A DNA stretch of 64,000 nt from assembly GCA_020344315.1 (NCBI GenBank), contig CP070820.1, positions 109,605 to 173,604 on the forward strand, in the 5' to 3' direction. Positions 10,507-20,711 of this stretch are shown piece after piece (positions within the stretch are counted from its first letter, which is position 1; every line of letters begins with the position of its first letter). The notes beneath the pieces were generated by a model. The model was not told the DNA's origin. It did no database searches and saw only the letters and a program-made list of their open reading frames with translations. The stretch comes from Candidatus Bathyarchaeum sp. (lineage in GTDB: Archaea > Thermoproteota > Bathyarchaeia > Bathyarchaeales > Bathyarchaeaceae). A program made the translations under genes and the position numbers.

Positions 10507-10655
10507 TTGTTGAGATTTGGGTTAAAACAATCAAAAAATTCGTGCCAAGTGACTTGAATAAGTTTTTACGCAGGTACTACTACTCTATCTGAAAGGCGCT
10601 GTGGAATAGTGACAAGGCTGATCTTCTCCACTAGGAGATTAAGTGAGGTATAGGA

Positions 10656-11723
10656 TTGGTTTACGGCGAAAAAAGCGATGTCTTCAGCATTCAGACAATA
10701 AATCTAACTAAGAGATTTGCCAAAAAGAAGCATAGAGGCTTTTTCAGTTTTCTGCGAAGAGAACAATCAAAGAAAAATAATGCAGTTACAGTGGCCTTGG
10801 ACAAAGTCAACATCAAAATCCGTCCCAGAGAACTCTTCGGACTCCTTGGACCAAACGGGTCTGGAAAAACTACAATGATTAAATGCTTGTCCACAATCTT
10901 GATTCCAGACGAAGGCACGGCTATCGTAAACGGCTTCGACATTCGCAAAGAAACATCCATGGTCCGAGCAAGTTTAGGAATGGTCGTGGGCGGGGAGAGA
11001 ACATTATACTGGAAGCTAACAGCCAGAGACAACCTCATGTACTTCTCTTCGTTATACAAGATGCATAAAAGACATGCAAAGGACAGAATCGAAGAACTCC
11101 TAGAAACTTTGCAGCTCTCTGAGCGAGCTGACGAGAGGCTAGAGGACTACAGCACAGGAATGAGACAGAAAGTCGCCATAGCACGAGCCCTACTGCATGA
11201 TCCACCGATCTTGCTCTTGGATGAGCCTACCTTAGGTTTAGACCCAGGTTTTGCGAGGCAGATCCGGAACCAAATAAGAGACCTTTCAAAGAAGCAGGGA
11301 AAAACAGTTCTTCTAACCACCCATTATATGGACGAAGCTGATCAACTGTGCGATCGAGTAGCCTTCATTAATAACGGTGAAATCGTCGCAGTTGACACCC
11401 CAAACAGGCTCAAGGCCATGGTGAAAGAGACCGAGCTTGTGGAAGTGAGTGTTTACCGTCCACCAGCAGACATCGAAAAACAACTCCGTTCCCTGTTGCC
11501 CGAGGCGGAAGTTGTCAAGCTTATTCCCGGCGATGAGGCTGAGGGAGTTCCTTCGAGAATCAAGATAATTGGGGGAACCACAGAAGAGCACGTGGGAAAA
11601 ATCATTGATGCACTCAGACAAAAGAACATTCGTATTGGCAGTTTAAACGTTGGTGTACCTACGCTTGAAGACGTTTTCATAAAATTAACTGGCGCAAAAC
11701 TAACTGAGGGGGGAATGCAATAG
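10656..11723 (+). CDS. ABC-2 type exporter ATP-binding subunit (DrrA-like)
   Basis: GPNGSGKT, YSTGMRQK, LLLDEPT, TTHYM. Confidence 0.95.
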   Translation: MVYGEKSDVFSIQTINLTKRFAKKKHRGFFSFLRREQSKKNNAVTVALDKVNIKIRPRELFGLLGPNGSGKTTMIKCLSTILIPDEGTAIVNGFDIRKETSMVRASLGMVVGGERTLYWKLTARDNLMYFSSLYKMHKRHAKDRIEELLETLQLSERADERLEDYSTGMRQKVAIARALLHDPPILLLDEPTLGLDPGFARQIRNQIRDLSKKQGKTVLLTTHYMDEADQLCDRVAFINNGEIVAVDTPNRLKAMVKETELVEVSVYRPPADIEKQLRSLLPEAEVVKLIPGDEAEGVPSRIKIIGGTTEEHVGKIIDALRQKNIRIGSLNVGVPTLEDVFIKLTGAKLTEGGMQ

Positions 11724-11726
11724 ATA

Positions 11727-12578
11727 TTGGAAACCGTATATCAGCAGTCTCCGTTGCGTAGCAATCTTTCTGTTGTCTGGAATGAACTGGTTAAAAACAT
11801 CAAGTTCCTTCTAGCCTATCCCGTCATCATCGTTTTCTGGGCTATATTTCCCATTTTCTGGTTTATTCCCTTCATCCTTCAGGGACAAGCCTTCGTAGGC
11901 GGTTTAACGAGCGAAAGTTTTGCTCAGGCAACTGGAACCTCAGAGTTCATTCCCTTTATTGTGATAGGCGCAGTCCTCAACAGTTACGTAGGTACTCTGC
12001 TTAACGGCATGGGAGACAATATAAGACGCGAAGCACTGCAAGGAACACTCGACTACGTGCTTGCAGCTCCCTGTAACAAAGCTTCTGTGCTTATCGGAAA
12101 AGCCCTGAGTGAAAGCCTATCCAGCACAATCTTTGCAATAAGCCAACTCGCCATCTCTACGCTCCTCTTCGGATTAGGAATAAGCTTAGGCGTGATGCTT
12201 CCGGTATTTTTCATAATCATCTTGCTCATACTGGGATTGTACGGCTTATCCCTCATCTTTGCTGCCTTGTCTCTTATGTACAAGCAATCCCATGGTTTCG
12301 GGCAGACTGTGGGATATGTTTTTTACGTTTTCTCTCCCGTGCGCTATCCTATTGAGAGCTTGCCCTTTTGGGCTCAGATCTTCGGTAAGCTTCTTCCTCT
12401 CACATACGCCATCATCATTGTGAGGAGCCTCATGCTCTTAGGAGCTGACCTATCAGCCCTCTACGTGGAGGTGCTGGTGCTTCTAATCATTGATGTTGTC
12501 TTGATACTTGCTGGCTTCTATCTGTTTAATTGGATGGAAGAGAAAACTAAGAAATCTGGAACCATAAGCCACCATTAG
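11727..12578 (+). CDS. ABC-2 type permease
   Basis: About six TM segments, EALQGTLDYVLAAP; follows the ATPase. Confidence 0.9.
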   Translation: METVYQQSPLRSNLSVVWNELVKNIKFLLAYPVIIVFWAIFPIFWFIPFILQGQAFVGGLTSESFAQATGTSEFIPFIVIGAVLNSYVGTLLNGMGDNIRREALQGTLDYVLAAPCNKASVLIGKALSESLSSTIFAISQLAISTLLFGLGISLGVMLPVFFIIILLILGLYGLSLIFAALSLMYKQSHGFGQTVGYVFYVFSPVRYPIESLPFWAQIFGKLLPLTYAIIIVRSLMLLGADLSALYVEVLVLLIIDVVLILAGFYLFNWMEEKTKKSGTISHH

Positions 12579-12589
12579 GAGAAAAAAGA

Positions 12590-13483
12590 TTGGATAACAA
12601 CAATGAAGATTACCGGTTGCGGGAAGTCAAATGTCCGACAGGATTCAACTGGAGCAACCTAAAGGCTGAATTAAGGGCAGTCTGGGCAGCCAACATTAAA
12701 GATTGGAAAATCGAGTTTGCATACCCGGAGAGTTTCTTCCGCCAACTGATTTCTCCCCTCGTCTTCCTCCTGCCTTTCCTCCTATATGGCCTTGTTTTAG
12801 TTGGAGGGAGATACAGCGATGATCTGGCACAGCTTGTTGGAACAGGAGATATCGTTACTTTCATTTTCACCGGTTACATGCTGATGGGATTCATAGGAAC
12901 AGCAGTTTGGGCAATGGGATTCAGCATAAGGATGGAAAGATGGTTTGGAACCTTGGAGGCAATATATGTGACACCTACCAGCCGCTTGGGTCAAGTCTTG
13001 GGCATGGCTTTGCACAGCACAATTCATCAGAGCATAGGTACCCTCATCCAGTTCATCGTCATATACCTCACCTTCGGTTTAGCATTGAAGATAGAGGGAA
13101 TCTTGCCTGCTTTGGGGATTTTTGCCCTGATGATGATTGCTCTCTACGGCTTTGGCATAGTGGTCTCCGCTGTAGGCTTACTCTTAAAGGAGGGCTGGAT
13201 GGTTTCTGACGGTCTCTACAGTATTATGATGATTCTCTCCCCTGTGGCTTATCCCCTGACTGTACTTCCCACCGTGGCTCAACAGATAAGCACCGCATTT
13301 CCAACAGCGCCAGCACTGATTGGAATGCGAAGTTTCCTGATGGAGGGCTATCAGCCAGAAGTGATTATCAACGTATTTTTGCATCTCATAGTGCTGGGTG
13401 CAGTCTGGATTCTCTTCGGCATACTTGTGTTTCGTTTAGTAGACGTTTATGTGCGAAAAAGGGGTATGCTCAAAAAATTCTAA
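12590..13483 (+). CDS. ABC-2 type permease
   Basis: ERWFGTLEAIYVTP, SPVAYPLTVLP; paralogous to the previous gene. Confidence 0.9.
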   Translation: MDNNNEDYRLREVKCPTGFNWSNLKAELRAVWAANIKDWKIEFAYPESFFRQLISPLVFLLPFLLYGLVLVGGRYSDDLAQLVGTGDIVTFIFTGYMLMGFIGTAVWAMGFSIRMERWFGTLEAIYVTPTSRLGQVLGMALHSTIHQSIGTLIQFIVIYLTFGLALKIEGILPALGIFALMMIALYGFGIVVSAVGLLLKEGWMVSDGLYSIMMILSPVAYPLTVLPTVAQQISTAFPTAPALIGMRSFLMEGYQPEVIINVFLHLIVLGAVWILFGILVFRLVDVYVRKRGMLKKF

Positions 13484-13510
13484 CTTCATCACTCAAATTG
13501 AGGAGCCAAT

Positions 13511-14095
13511 ATGATCTACGTTTACCATCAAAAGATGAAGGATGTTTGGTATGGCGCCGCCGTGAAGGAAGACAAAGTTCTTGCCACCAACTTTTCATTT
13601 GAAGAAGAGGATTTGGGGCGCCTTCTGAGAAGGTTACCGTCTGATGTTTCGTTTCAGATTGTAGAGGAACCTAATCAGCTGCTAACTGATGTTCTGGGAG
13701 CTTTGGAGGAGATTTTCAGCGGAGAGGACCGGGGCTCATGTGGATTCAAGTTAGCCATGGATCATCTTTCCAGCTACACAAGAAAGGTGCTTGATTGCAC
13801 GCGTCTGGTTCCTGTTGGATACGTGACAACGTATGGTGCCGTAGCCAAGGTTGCGGGGGGAATCGCGAGGTCTGTGGGACGTGTTGAGGCATCAAATCCT
13901 TTTCCTTTATTGGTTCCCTGTCACAGGGTTGTGCGTTCTGATTTGAGTATAGGCGGCTACGGATACGGAATGCAGGTTAAGTTGGGGCTTCTTAGGAGGG
14001 AGGAGAGAGGCTACGAAGAACCGAGGACGCCAAAGGTGGCGGGTGGAGAACTGTTACTGTTTCCAGCAGAGCGGGTGAAACAAAATGTTATATGA
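13511..14095 (+). CDS. ogt: Methylated-DNA--protein-cysteine methyltransferase
   Basis: VPVGYVTTYG and NPFPLLVPCHRVV (PCHR active site). Confidence 0.95.
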   Translation: MIYVYHQKMKDVWYGAAVKEDKVLATNFSFEEEDLGRLLRRLPSDVSFQIVEEPNQLLTDVLGALEEIFSGEDRGSCGFKLAMDHLSSYTRKVLDCTRLVPVGYVTTYGAVAKVAGGIARSVGRVEASNPFPLLVPCHRVVRSDLSIGGYGYGMQVKLGLLRREERGYEEPRTPKVAGGELLLFPAERVKQNVI

Positions 14096-14131
14096 TTGCT
14101 CGTTTTAACGTGCTGCTGAAGGTGATTTGAT

Positions 14132-14287
14132 TTGAAAGAATATGATTGTGTGCAAGTTGGTCATCACAAAAGAGTTGGTGAAGTGATTGAGAAATATCAA
14201 ATGAAGGGATGGCGTCTCCACACCTATCAGGCTCAGGGGTCTCCAACCATCGTTAACCACTATTTGCTGTTTGAACGGGACCGATAA
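14132..14287 (+). CDS. Small protein, 51 aa (DUF4177-like)
   Basis: Hand translation MKEYDCVQVGHHKRVGEVIEKYQMKGWRLHTYQAQGSPTIVNHYLLFERDR; SD AAGGTGA; KEY...GW...LFER pattern. Confidence 0.7.
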   Translation: MKEYDCVQVGHHKRVGEVIEKYQMKGWRLHTYQAQGSPTIVNHYLLFERDR

Positions 14288-14407
14288 TTCCAACTAGAAT
14301 TGTCAAGCAACCGCAATAACATGCTGGGAACTGAATTGCCCCTCAATTAGCGTTAAGTTAAAGTTCATATATACAATCATTGTTAGATTCTTCGAAGGGG
14401 AGAGAAG

Positions 14408-14935
14408 ATGGTGAAGCGCGGGGTCTTTGTGGGAAGATTTCAGCCCTTTCATAAAGGGCACCTAGGAGCCATAAAAAAAATCGCGGATAAGGTCGATGAA
14501 CTAGTCATAATTGTTGGTAGTTCCCAGTATAGCCACAGGCTCGATAATCCTTTTACCGCTGGCGAGCGCATCACCATGATTCGAAAGGCACTGGAGGAAG
14601 AGGGAATTCAGTTGTCGAGAGTCTGGATTATACCGGTGCCGGATGTTCATCAGCATATGCTCTGGGTCTACCAGATTGTGGGTTACTGTCCAAAGTTTGA
14701 TGTGGTCTATACTAACGAGCCGTTGACTTGTAGGCTCTTTATGGAAGCTGGTTTTAGAGTTGAGCAGGTGCCTCCGATAAGGCGGGAGGTGTATTTGGCT
14801 ACGGAGATTCGGAAACGTATGTTAGCTGGAGGAGAATGGGAGGAACTTGTCCCAAGCAGCGTTGCCAGTTACATAAAAGAGATTGAGGGTGATGTGCGGC
14901 TTCGGGACCTAAACAAAACTGATACGGTGGACTAG
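14408..14935 (+). CDS. nadM: Nicotinamide-nucleotide adenylyltransferase
   Basis: GRFQPFHKGH, NPFTAGER, ATEIR. Confidence 0.95.
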   Translation: MVKRGVFVGRFQPFHKGHLGAIKKIADKVDELVIIVGSSQYSHRLDNPFTAGERITMIRKALEEEGIQLSRVWIIPVPDVHQHMLWVYQIVGYCPKFDVVYTNEPLTCRLFMEAGFRVEQVPPIRREVYLATEIRKRMLAGGEWEELVPSSVASYIKEIEGDVRLRDLNKTDTVD

Positions 14936-15750
14936 ATTACTCCAGTTGTGACTTTTTCCTTTTTTGAGATGAACGAGTTATAGATGTATCTTGCTGCTAG
15001 AGAAGTTAGCCAGCCGCTGACCACTAAGACAGTAGCGGGGAAACCGTTGGTCAAGGGGACATAGTTTAGTAGAACTGTCTGAAGCAGCAGGTAGACTATG
15101 GTCATCAGGATTGTGGAGTTTAGTCCAAATTTTTTTCCGTATTTTCTTGTGTTTTGGATGCTGAGTAGTCCAAAGAGGAAGATGTCGCCTAATCCGAGAT
15201 AGGTTGTCCCCATTGTTGGGAATGTTGGTAGTTTGATGAATGCAGGTATTCCTAGTTTTTGTGCTGTTTCAAAGGCTCCTTCCATGTGTCCTGTAATTAG
15301 AACTTGAATGATGTCCATGATAGTCACTAGAGCAGCAAAGGCAACAGTTGTTTTCCACGTGAATAGAACTCCCATGTAAACTGCAATGGCGATGCCGAAG
15401 AGTATGGCGAAAAGATTGAAGGTGTAGATGTTCCAGAAATAGAAGAACGATAAAATGAATAGAACAGCCGGCACTGCTGCAAGATACCATTTTGACACAA
15501 TCAGATAGGTGAACAGGAAGAGAATTGCTGTGTAAGCGAAGAGGAAGAGACCCAGCAGAGCATGTTGGGGGATAGCTATGATTACGGTTACCATTGTGCC
15601 TATAGCTGCTACCAACAATATGGCGTGTTTTGGTCGGAGTTCTTTTCCGCCGACTAGGTAGTTAACCTTCTTGTCTAGTCTAGAGTAGAGAAAGATTGCA
15701 ATCATTGCTATCAGAAAGAGAACTGATGGAAGGAAAACATCAACTATCAT
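14932..15750 (-). CDS. Presenilin/signal-peptide-peptidase-like GxGD intramembrane aspartyl protease (A22)
   Basis: Polytopic; TIMDIIQV (first Asp), LGLGD, FPATV (PAL-like). Confidence 0.85.
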   Translation of the reverse strand: MIVDVFLPSVLFLIAMIAIFLYSRLDKKVNYLVGGKELRPKHAILLVAAIGTMVTVIIAIPQHALLGLFLFAYTAILFLFTYLIVSKWYLAAVPAVLFILSFFYFWNIYTFNLFAILFGIAIAVYMGVLFTWKTTVAFAALVTIMDIIQVLITGHMEGAFETAQKLGIPAFIKLPTFPTMGTTYLGLGDIFLFGLLSIQNTRKYGKKFGLNSTILMTIVYLLLQTVLLNYVPLTNGFPATVLVVSGWLTSLAARYIYNSFISKKEKVTTGVI

Positions 15751-15862
15751 GCCAGCAGATATAGAAACCCCTAAAGATTTACCTATCGGTCAACCAGAAA
15801 CAAAAGACACACCAAGTATGCATATATACGGCGGGGTGTTTGCTTTTGAGGATGATTCATAA

Positions 15863-16450
15863 ATGAGAAAACTGCCTAAGCTGACGCCCACAATCTTTCT
15901 GGTCACGGCAAACATAGTTGTTTACATCTTCACTTCGGTGGTTGGCGGAGATTTCATCCAAACAAGCGACAGCGTCCTCCTTCAGTATGGACAATTCAAT
16001 CTCAGCGTATGGAACGGCTGGTTCTGGCAGCTCTTAACCTCCATCTTCGTCCACGTGGACATAATCCACCTTGGCCTAAACACATTATTCCTAATAATAT
16101 TCGGTTTCAGAGCCGAAGAACTCTTCACCACACCAGAATACTTTTTCGTCTACATGCTCTCAGGACTTTCAGGCAGCCTGCTAACCCTCTTTCTGATGTC
16201 CCCCTTAACCCTTTCCGCCGGGGCTTCGGGAGCAATATTCGGAATGTACGGCGCAGGCATCATATACATGCGAAAAACATTCGGTCAATCCATTGTAGGA
16301 GCATTGCTCTACTCATTTCTACTCTTGCTGCTGACCATGGGCACAGGCGTCAACATAGTCGCCCACTTCGGCGGTCTCGCAGCAGGCTTGATAATCGGTT
16401 ACGCCTTAGCAAGATCTCGCAGAGAGATTCTTTGGATAGAAGAGTATTGA
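15863..16450 (+). CDS. Rhomboid intramembrane serine protease
   Basis: WQLLTSIFVH..HLGLN, GASG, AHFGG. Confidence 0.95.
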   Translation: MRKLPKLTPTIFLVTANIVVYIFTSVVGGDFIQTSDSVLLQYGQFNLSVWNGWFWQLLTSIFVHVDIIHLGLNTLFLIIFGFRAEELFTTPEYFFVYMLSGLSGSLLTLFLMSPLTLSAGASGAIFGMYGAGIIYMRKTFGQSIVGALLYSFLLLLLTMGTGVNIVAHFGGLAAGLIIGYALARSRREILWIEEY

Positions 16451-16461
16451 GGGGCTGAAAT

Positions 16462-17265
16462 TTAGTTGGATGCTGCCCCAGAGATACGAAAAGGTTCCCC
16501 AACCTCTGCCTTGAAAGTTTTTGAAGCACTTCCCTGATTGAGAGCCACTTCAATAAAGTCGCTGCTACCGACTAATGCCAAAGCTGTGCCATCTGGAACT
16601 TCACCATATGCAGAACAAAACTGCAGAATCAAAGTTTTGTCGCCGAGCCTAACAAGAAGCGAATCTCCCTTATGAAATCCCTCACTCTGAAGGTCTTCTA
16701 CTGAAATGTTGCTCACGATGTTGCCGAAATCGTCTATGTGAAGAACCTCTCCAACCACTTCACCCTCTCTTGCTTGTGGCTTCACGAATTCAGGGAAAAC
16801 GTAGTCTTGGATTGCTGGTCCAAACTCAGAGGGGCCTGTTCCAGCTGCTAGATGCGCTGCTGCTGGGGCGAAGATGTCCCTTCCGTGAAAAGTTCTTGAC
16901 ACTCTGGACAGCATATATTTTGGGTTATCGATGTGGTAAACCTTGATTATGCCTTCTTTCTGGGCAGCCAGCATCAGGAGACCATTGTCGGGACCCACAT
17001 AAAAGCCCCGTTTAGTTTCGACAATTATAGAGCGCCTCTTTGTTCCTACACCAGGGTCTACGACTGCCACGTGAACTGTGTTCGGGGGAAAGTAGGGGGT
17101 GGCTGAGGCTAGGATAAAGGCGCCCATGCGGATGTTAAACTTATCAACTTCGTGAGTTATGTCCACGACAGAGGCTTCTGAGTTAATGGAGAGAATCACG
17201 GCTTTCATTTCTGCCACGTAAGGGTCCTTTGAACCGAAATCCGAGAGCAAAGTAATTACTGACAT
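16462..17265 (-). CDS. SAM hydroxide adenosyltransferase / chlorinase-fluorinase family (DUF62)
   Basis: LLSDFG, VVDPGVGT, TFHGRDIF, IDDFGN. Confidence 0.95.
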   Translation of the reverse strand: MSVITLLSDFGSKDPYVAEMKAVILSINSEASVVDITHEVDKFNIRMGAFILASATPYFPPNTVHVAVVDPGVGTKRRSIIVETKRGFYVGPDNGLLMLAAQKEGIIKVYHIDNPKYMLSRVSRTFHGRDIFAPAAAHLAAGTGPSEFGPAIQDYVFPEFVKPQAREGEVVGEVLHIDDFGNIVSNISVEDLQSEGFHKGDSLLVRLGDKTLILQFCSAYGEVPDGTALALVGSSDFIEVALNQGSASKTFKAEVGEPFRISGAASN

Positions 17266-17345
17266 AGAACCTGACCTTGAATTTAATGATGAAAATTGCA
17301 GTATTTAATAACTGTTCTCAGAAACATGTTACTGAGTGAAAAGCC

Positions 17346-18119
17346 TTGCAAAAAGGTGAAGTGGTCTCCCTGAAAGGACTCCGGGAAAAGAAGTACTGTC
17401 AGGTTCTGTGTTATCCGAGGTGCGAACCAGAGGATTTGGGGAGACGTCTCACAGAACTGGAGAGGCTCAAAGTTAATGCTGTGGAATTCACTGGAGAGAA
17501 GAGAGTCTTTGAGGTGCCGGTTCTGGGGAAAGGCTGCGTGGGCATTGTTGTTGTAGCCTATACGAGTTTGGGGAGAGCAGCTTTGAAAATTCGCAGAGTT
17601 GATGCTGACCGGAAGGGAATGTTCCATGAAGGGGAGATGCTGAAAAGAGCGAACGCAGTCAAGGTTGGACCGCAATTACTTGAGGTTAGCGAAAATTTTC
17701 TTCTCATGGAGTTCATTGAAGGAATCCACCTTCCTCAATGGATTGAATCATTGTGGGGAAGTGATGTGCAGTCGCGTTTTCGCATGGTTTTGCATAATGT
17801 TTTCGAGCAGTGTTACAGGCTTGATGAGGCTGGTTTGGATCATGGAGAGCTGAGCAATGCGCCGAAACACATACTCGTTGACGCCGATGACCAGCCATTT
17901 CTGGTAGATTTTGAGACAGCCAGCACCAACAGGAAAGTCTCAAACGTCACATCAGTCTGCCAATATCTCTTCTTCAGAAGCCAAGTCGCAGAGAAAGTAA
18001 AGATAAAACTAGGCAAAATTGACGAGAAAGAACTGATAAAGACATTACGAACTTACAAACGTGAACGGACAAGAGAAAAATTTGAAAAAATTCTGAAAAA
18101 ATGCCGACTTCAGGAATAA
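17346..18119 (+). CDS. RIO-like Ser/Thr protein kinase
   Basis: LGKGCVG, ALKIRR, LMEFIEG, HGELS, LVDFE. Confidence 0.85.
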   Translation: MQKGEVVSLKGLREKKYCQVLCYPRCEPEDLGRRLTELERLKVNAVEFTGEKRVFEVPVLGKGCVGIVVVAYTSLGRAALKIRRVDADRKGMFHEGEMLKRANAVKVGPQLLEVSENFLLMEFIEGIHLPQWIESLWGSDVQSRFRMVLHNVFEQCYRLDEAGLDHGELSNAPKHILVDADDQPFLVDFETASTNRKVSNVTSVCQYLFFRSQVAEKVKIKLGKIDEKELIKTLRTYKRERTREKFEKILKKCRLQE

Positions 18120-18260
18120 TCAGAAAATACATATCTCCAGTCTGGCCCGAGTCTCAACAGGCTAATAATTTCAGTCTTTCTAAAATTCTGCCGACGGAAA
18201 AAACATAAAACAGCTTATGCCGTAAACGTAGGTTCATAACAAAAATGGAAAGGTGAACAT

Positions 18261-18731
18261 TTGAATACGGTCGGTCATGTATTTTTCGCTAATCTACTAC
18301 TGGTCTTTGGAGCTCCATCAGCCGTCTCCCCAACAACCCTAATTATAACAAGCATAGCATCAATAATCACAGACCTGGACCACATCTCCCACTTACGAGT
18401 AGCGATGAAGACACGAAGATTCAAATCAGAAACCAGAAGCCGCTGGCACGAATTACCTGGCCTGTTGCTGGCTATGTCAATCTCCCTCACAATCATGTTC
18501 TTCTCTGCTACTGTTGGTCGATTGTTCCTCATAGGCTTCGTGAGCCATTATACTCTCGACCTCTTAACACGACCCACAAGACCATTCTATCCCCTGAGTG
18601 AAAAAGTGGTATTTCTGGGGTTAGCGCCAAGAAACCTGAAAAAACTGACCGCCTATGATACCATAATAACAGTGATTATGGGGGTGATTCTGATTGCGGG
18701 TCTACATGGCCAAGGCCTTCTCAGCATTTAG
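18261..18731 (+). CDS. Membrane-bound metal-dependent hydrolase (YdjM/DUF457-like)
   Basis: N-terminal GH, TDLDH, RSRWHE, SHYTLDLLT. Confidence 0.8.
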   Translation: MNTVGHVFFANLLLVFGAPSAVSPTTLIITSIASIITDLDHISHLRVAMKTRRFKSETRSRWHELPGLLLAMSISLTIMFFSATVGRLFLIGFVSHYTLDLLTRPTRPFYPLSEKVVFLGLAPRNLKKLTAYDTIITVIMGVILIAGLHGQGLLSI

Positions 18732-19191
18732 GCTGGCTCTAAAACCAATGCTAACACGATTCCCTCTCCTGAAACGTATAGACGCAAACATGATTTCAGG
18801 ACTAAGTTTAGTCTGCAGTCCAATAGCTTACCTGCTGATCTCCGAGAGAGCCATTCTCGCTTCCATAATTACTCTCTTTATCATCATGCTGCTGGACGCC
18901 CTAGACGGCATCGTAGCCCGAGCCAAGGGCGAAACTAATTCTGAAGATGGCTGGATGGTGGATGTTTCAGTTGACAGAATCAGCGAAGCAGTGATCGGCC
19001 TTGCCTTAAGCCGCATCTTCATCCTCTTCACAATCATCAACATGGGCCTAGCATTGCTCAGCTGCCGCTATAGAAAACACGCAATAATCCCCCTCAGACA
19101 TGCCACAATAGTAATACTCATAGCCTATTACCTGCTGCAATCACAATCAGCTATATTCTCACTCCTAGACCAGATTCTTTTCCAGTGGTAA
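18706..19191 (+). CDS. CDP-alcohol phosphatidyltransferase family protein
   Basis: DALDGIVAR-x9-GWMVDVSVDR signature. Confidence 0.9.
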   Translation: MAKAFSAFRLALKPMLTRFPLLKRIDANMISGLSLVCSPIAYLLISERAILASIITLFIIMLLDALDGIVARAKGETNSEDGWMVDVSVDRISEAVIGLALSRIFILFTIINMGLALLSCRYRKHAIIPLRHATIVILIAYYLLQSQSAIFSLLDQILFQW

Positions 19192-19231
19192 CATCAAAAG
19201 AAATGACGTAGCCTGATTACATTGAAGAACT

Positions 19232-19831
19232 TCAAGCTTCTCCAAAAACTAGCCGGTCGGTAACTAAACAAACGGCATGAAAGACATCGTCGGGGTCCAA
19301 GTCATCTGTGGCAAGAACTAGATTGAAGGGAGAAAGATCATGTCCCAAATCGAACCCATAGAGGCTCTTGTATATCTTCCTCGTTTTTTCATCTTTCTCT
19401 CTCAAAGCCTTTACAGCCTCTTCAATGCTGATTCCATCTCTCTTTACCACCCTCTTGGCTCTAACCTGCGGCGAAGCCTCCAACCAGATCTTAAAACCTT
19501 CATTGAACAGCCAAGGCATTGTCCAGCTATCAAGAACAACGTTCCCTTCTTCCGCCAGCTCCAACAACTTTTCATCGATCCTTTTGTCAAAAACTGGGTC
19601 GCCCATCCGCTGTTGAAGAAACTTAAGCCCTGGAGCAGTTTCCCACCATCCTCTTACGTCAGGATTGTACCCCTCTTCCTGAGCCAAGGCTTTCAAAGAG
19701 TTTCCCCCAGAAAAGTAACCAAGTCCATATTTAGCGGCTAATCTTTTAGCCACTGTGCTCTTTCCTGAGCCCGTCATTCCGCTAATACATAAAACAACTT
19801 TTTTCGTATATTCTCCCCCACGATTTTTCAC
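19232..19831 (-). CDS. cmk: Cytidylate kinase (archaeal type)
   Basis: ISGMTGSGKST, DKRIDE, NVVLDS; canonical position after L34e. Confidence 0.9.
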   Translation of the reverse strand: MKNRGGEYTKKVVLCISGMTGSGKSTVAKRLAAKYGLGYFSGGNSLKALAQEEGYNPDVRGWWETAPGLKFLQQRMGDPVFDKRIDEKLLELAEEGNVVLDSWTMPWLFNEGFKIWLEASPQVRAKRVVKRDGISIEEAVKALREKDEKTRKIYKSLYGFDLGHDLSPFNLVLATDDLDPDDVFHAVCLVTDRLVFGEA

Positions 19832-19854
19832 AGTCTGACAGCCGCCCTTTCAAT

Positions 19855-20124
19855 TCAAAGATTCCTTGTTGCCTGCCTAAGGAGGTCTCGGAGGCAACCG
19901 TGGCATAGATTACCACTATACATGCGTTCAACTCTTCTCTGATTTCCGGGGAGATTGCTTATATTAAATGGTTCTGGGCGCGGAAGCCCGGCTAGTACCT
20001 GACCACAGTTGGAACAGTGAGGAACACTGGTCTTCTCCTTTTCATATCGGATAACTGTTCGTCCTCCAGAAGATTTGATTTGGCGGCGTTTCTTGCTTCG
20101 AGTTCGTCCAGAAGGTTTCGGCAT
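19855..20124 (-). CDS. rpl34e: 50S ribosomal protein L34e
   Basis: CxxC...ERMYSGNLCxxC; operon position. Confidence 0.9.
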   Translation of the reverse strand: MPKPSGRTRSKKRRQIKSSGGRTVIRYEKEKTSVPHCSNCGQVLAGLPRPEPFNISNLPGNQRRVERMYSGNLCHGCLRDLLRQATRNL

Positions 20125-20649
20125 CTAATCGGTTCCCCCCGTCAATCCGAAGATTCGAGAGAATAGGGTTCCGAACAGGAGTGAGCAAATGAGATACCAA
20201 TAGAATATGCTTAATGGTAAGACTCCCCCCAACCAGGGAAGGTAGGCAACAGGGTCTGGACCCATAAAGGGGCTATCAAACAATTTGAAGCCAAGAATGC
20301 TTCCCGTTAGAAAGAGCCAGACTATGAAGAAAACTGCCATTGTGATTGGAAACACTCTAAACTGTTTTGAGGATAAGGAAAGGGCTTGAGATTGAAGCTG
20401 AAGAATCTGTCTCTCTTGTTTCTGTGCCTTCTTGAGCAGTTTTTTGTCGCCTGTGCTCTTCGCCTTCTTCATATTTTCGCTTTTTTCCTTAGTTAAAGCA
20501 GAGATCTTACGTCTCAGGGCCTTGACTTTTTCACGGTGTTCCCTAGGCATGAAACGACTATTGATAAGTGATGAGGCTAAGGACATAGCGATTGAAACAA
20601 AGAGAACCACGATTGTAACAACTGGAGGTTGTGCCAAGATGGAACTCAA
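20125..20649 (-). CDS. EMC3/TMCO1 (DUF106) Oxa1-superfamily membrane insertase
   Basis: TM, coiled coil, two TMs, WYLICS motif; located after secY. Confidence 0.9.
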   Translation of the reverse strand: MSSILAQPPVVTIVVLFVSIAMSLASSLINSRFMPREHREKVKALRRKISALTKEKSENMKKAKSTGDKKLLKKAQKQERQILQLQSQALSLSSKQFRVFPITMAVFFIVWLFLTGSILGFKLFDSPFMGPDPVAYLPWLGGVLPLSIFYWYLICSLLFGTLFSRIFGLTGGTD

Positions 20650-20711
20650 CTTTAGTTTCTCCTCCCAGATTGGTTAACTATATTCATTATTTCGATGACT
20701 CTACTCAATTT

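Noticed and set aside
14105..14293. 62-aa minus-strand ORF
   Set aside because: The plus-strand 51-aa ORF at 14132-14287 has an SD and a DUF4177-like pattern and is the better call
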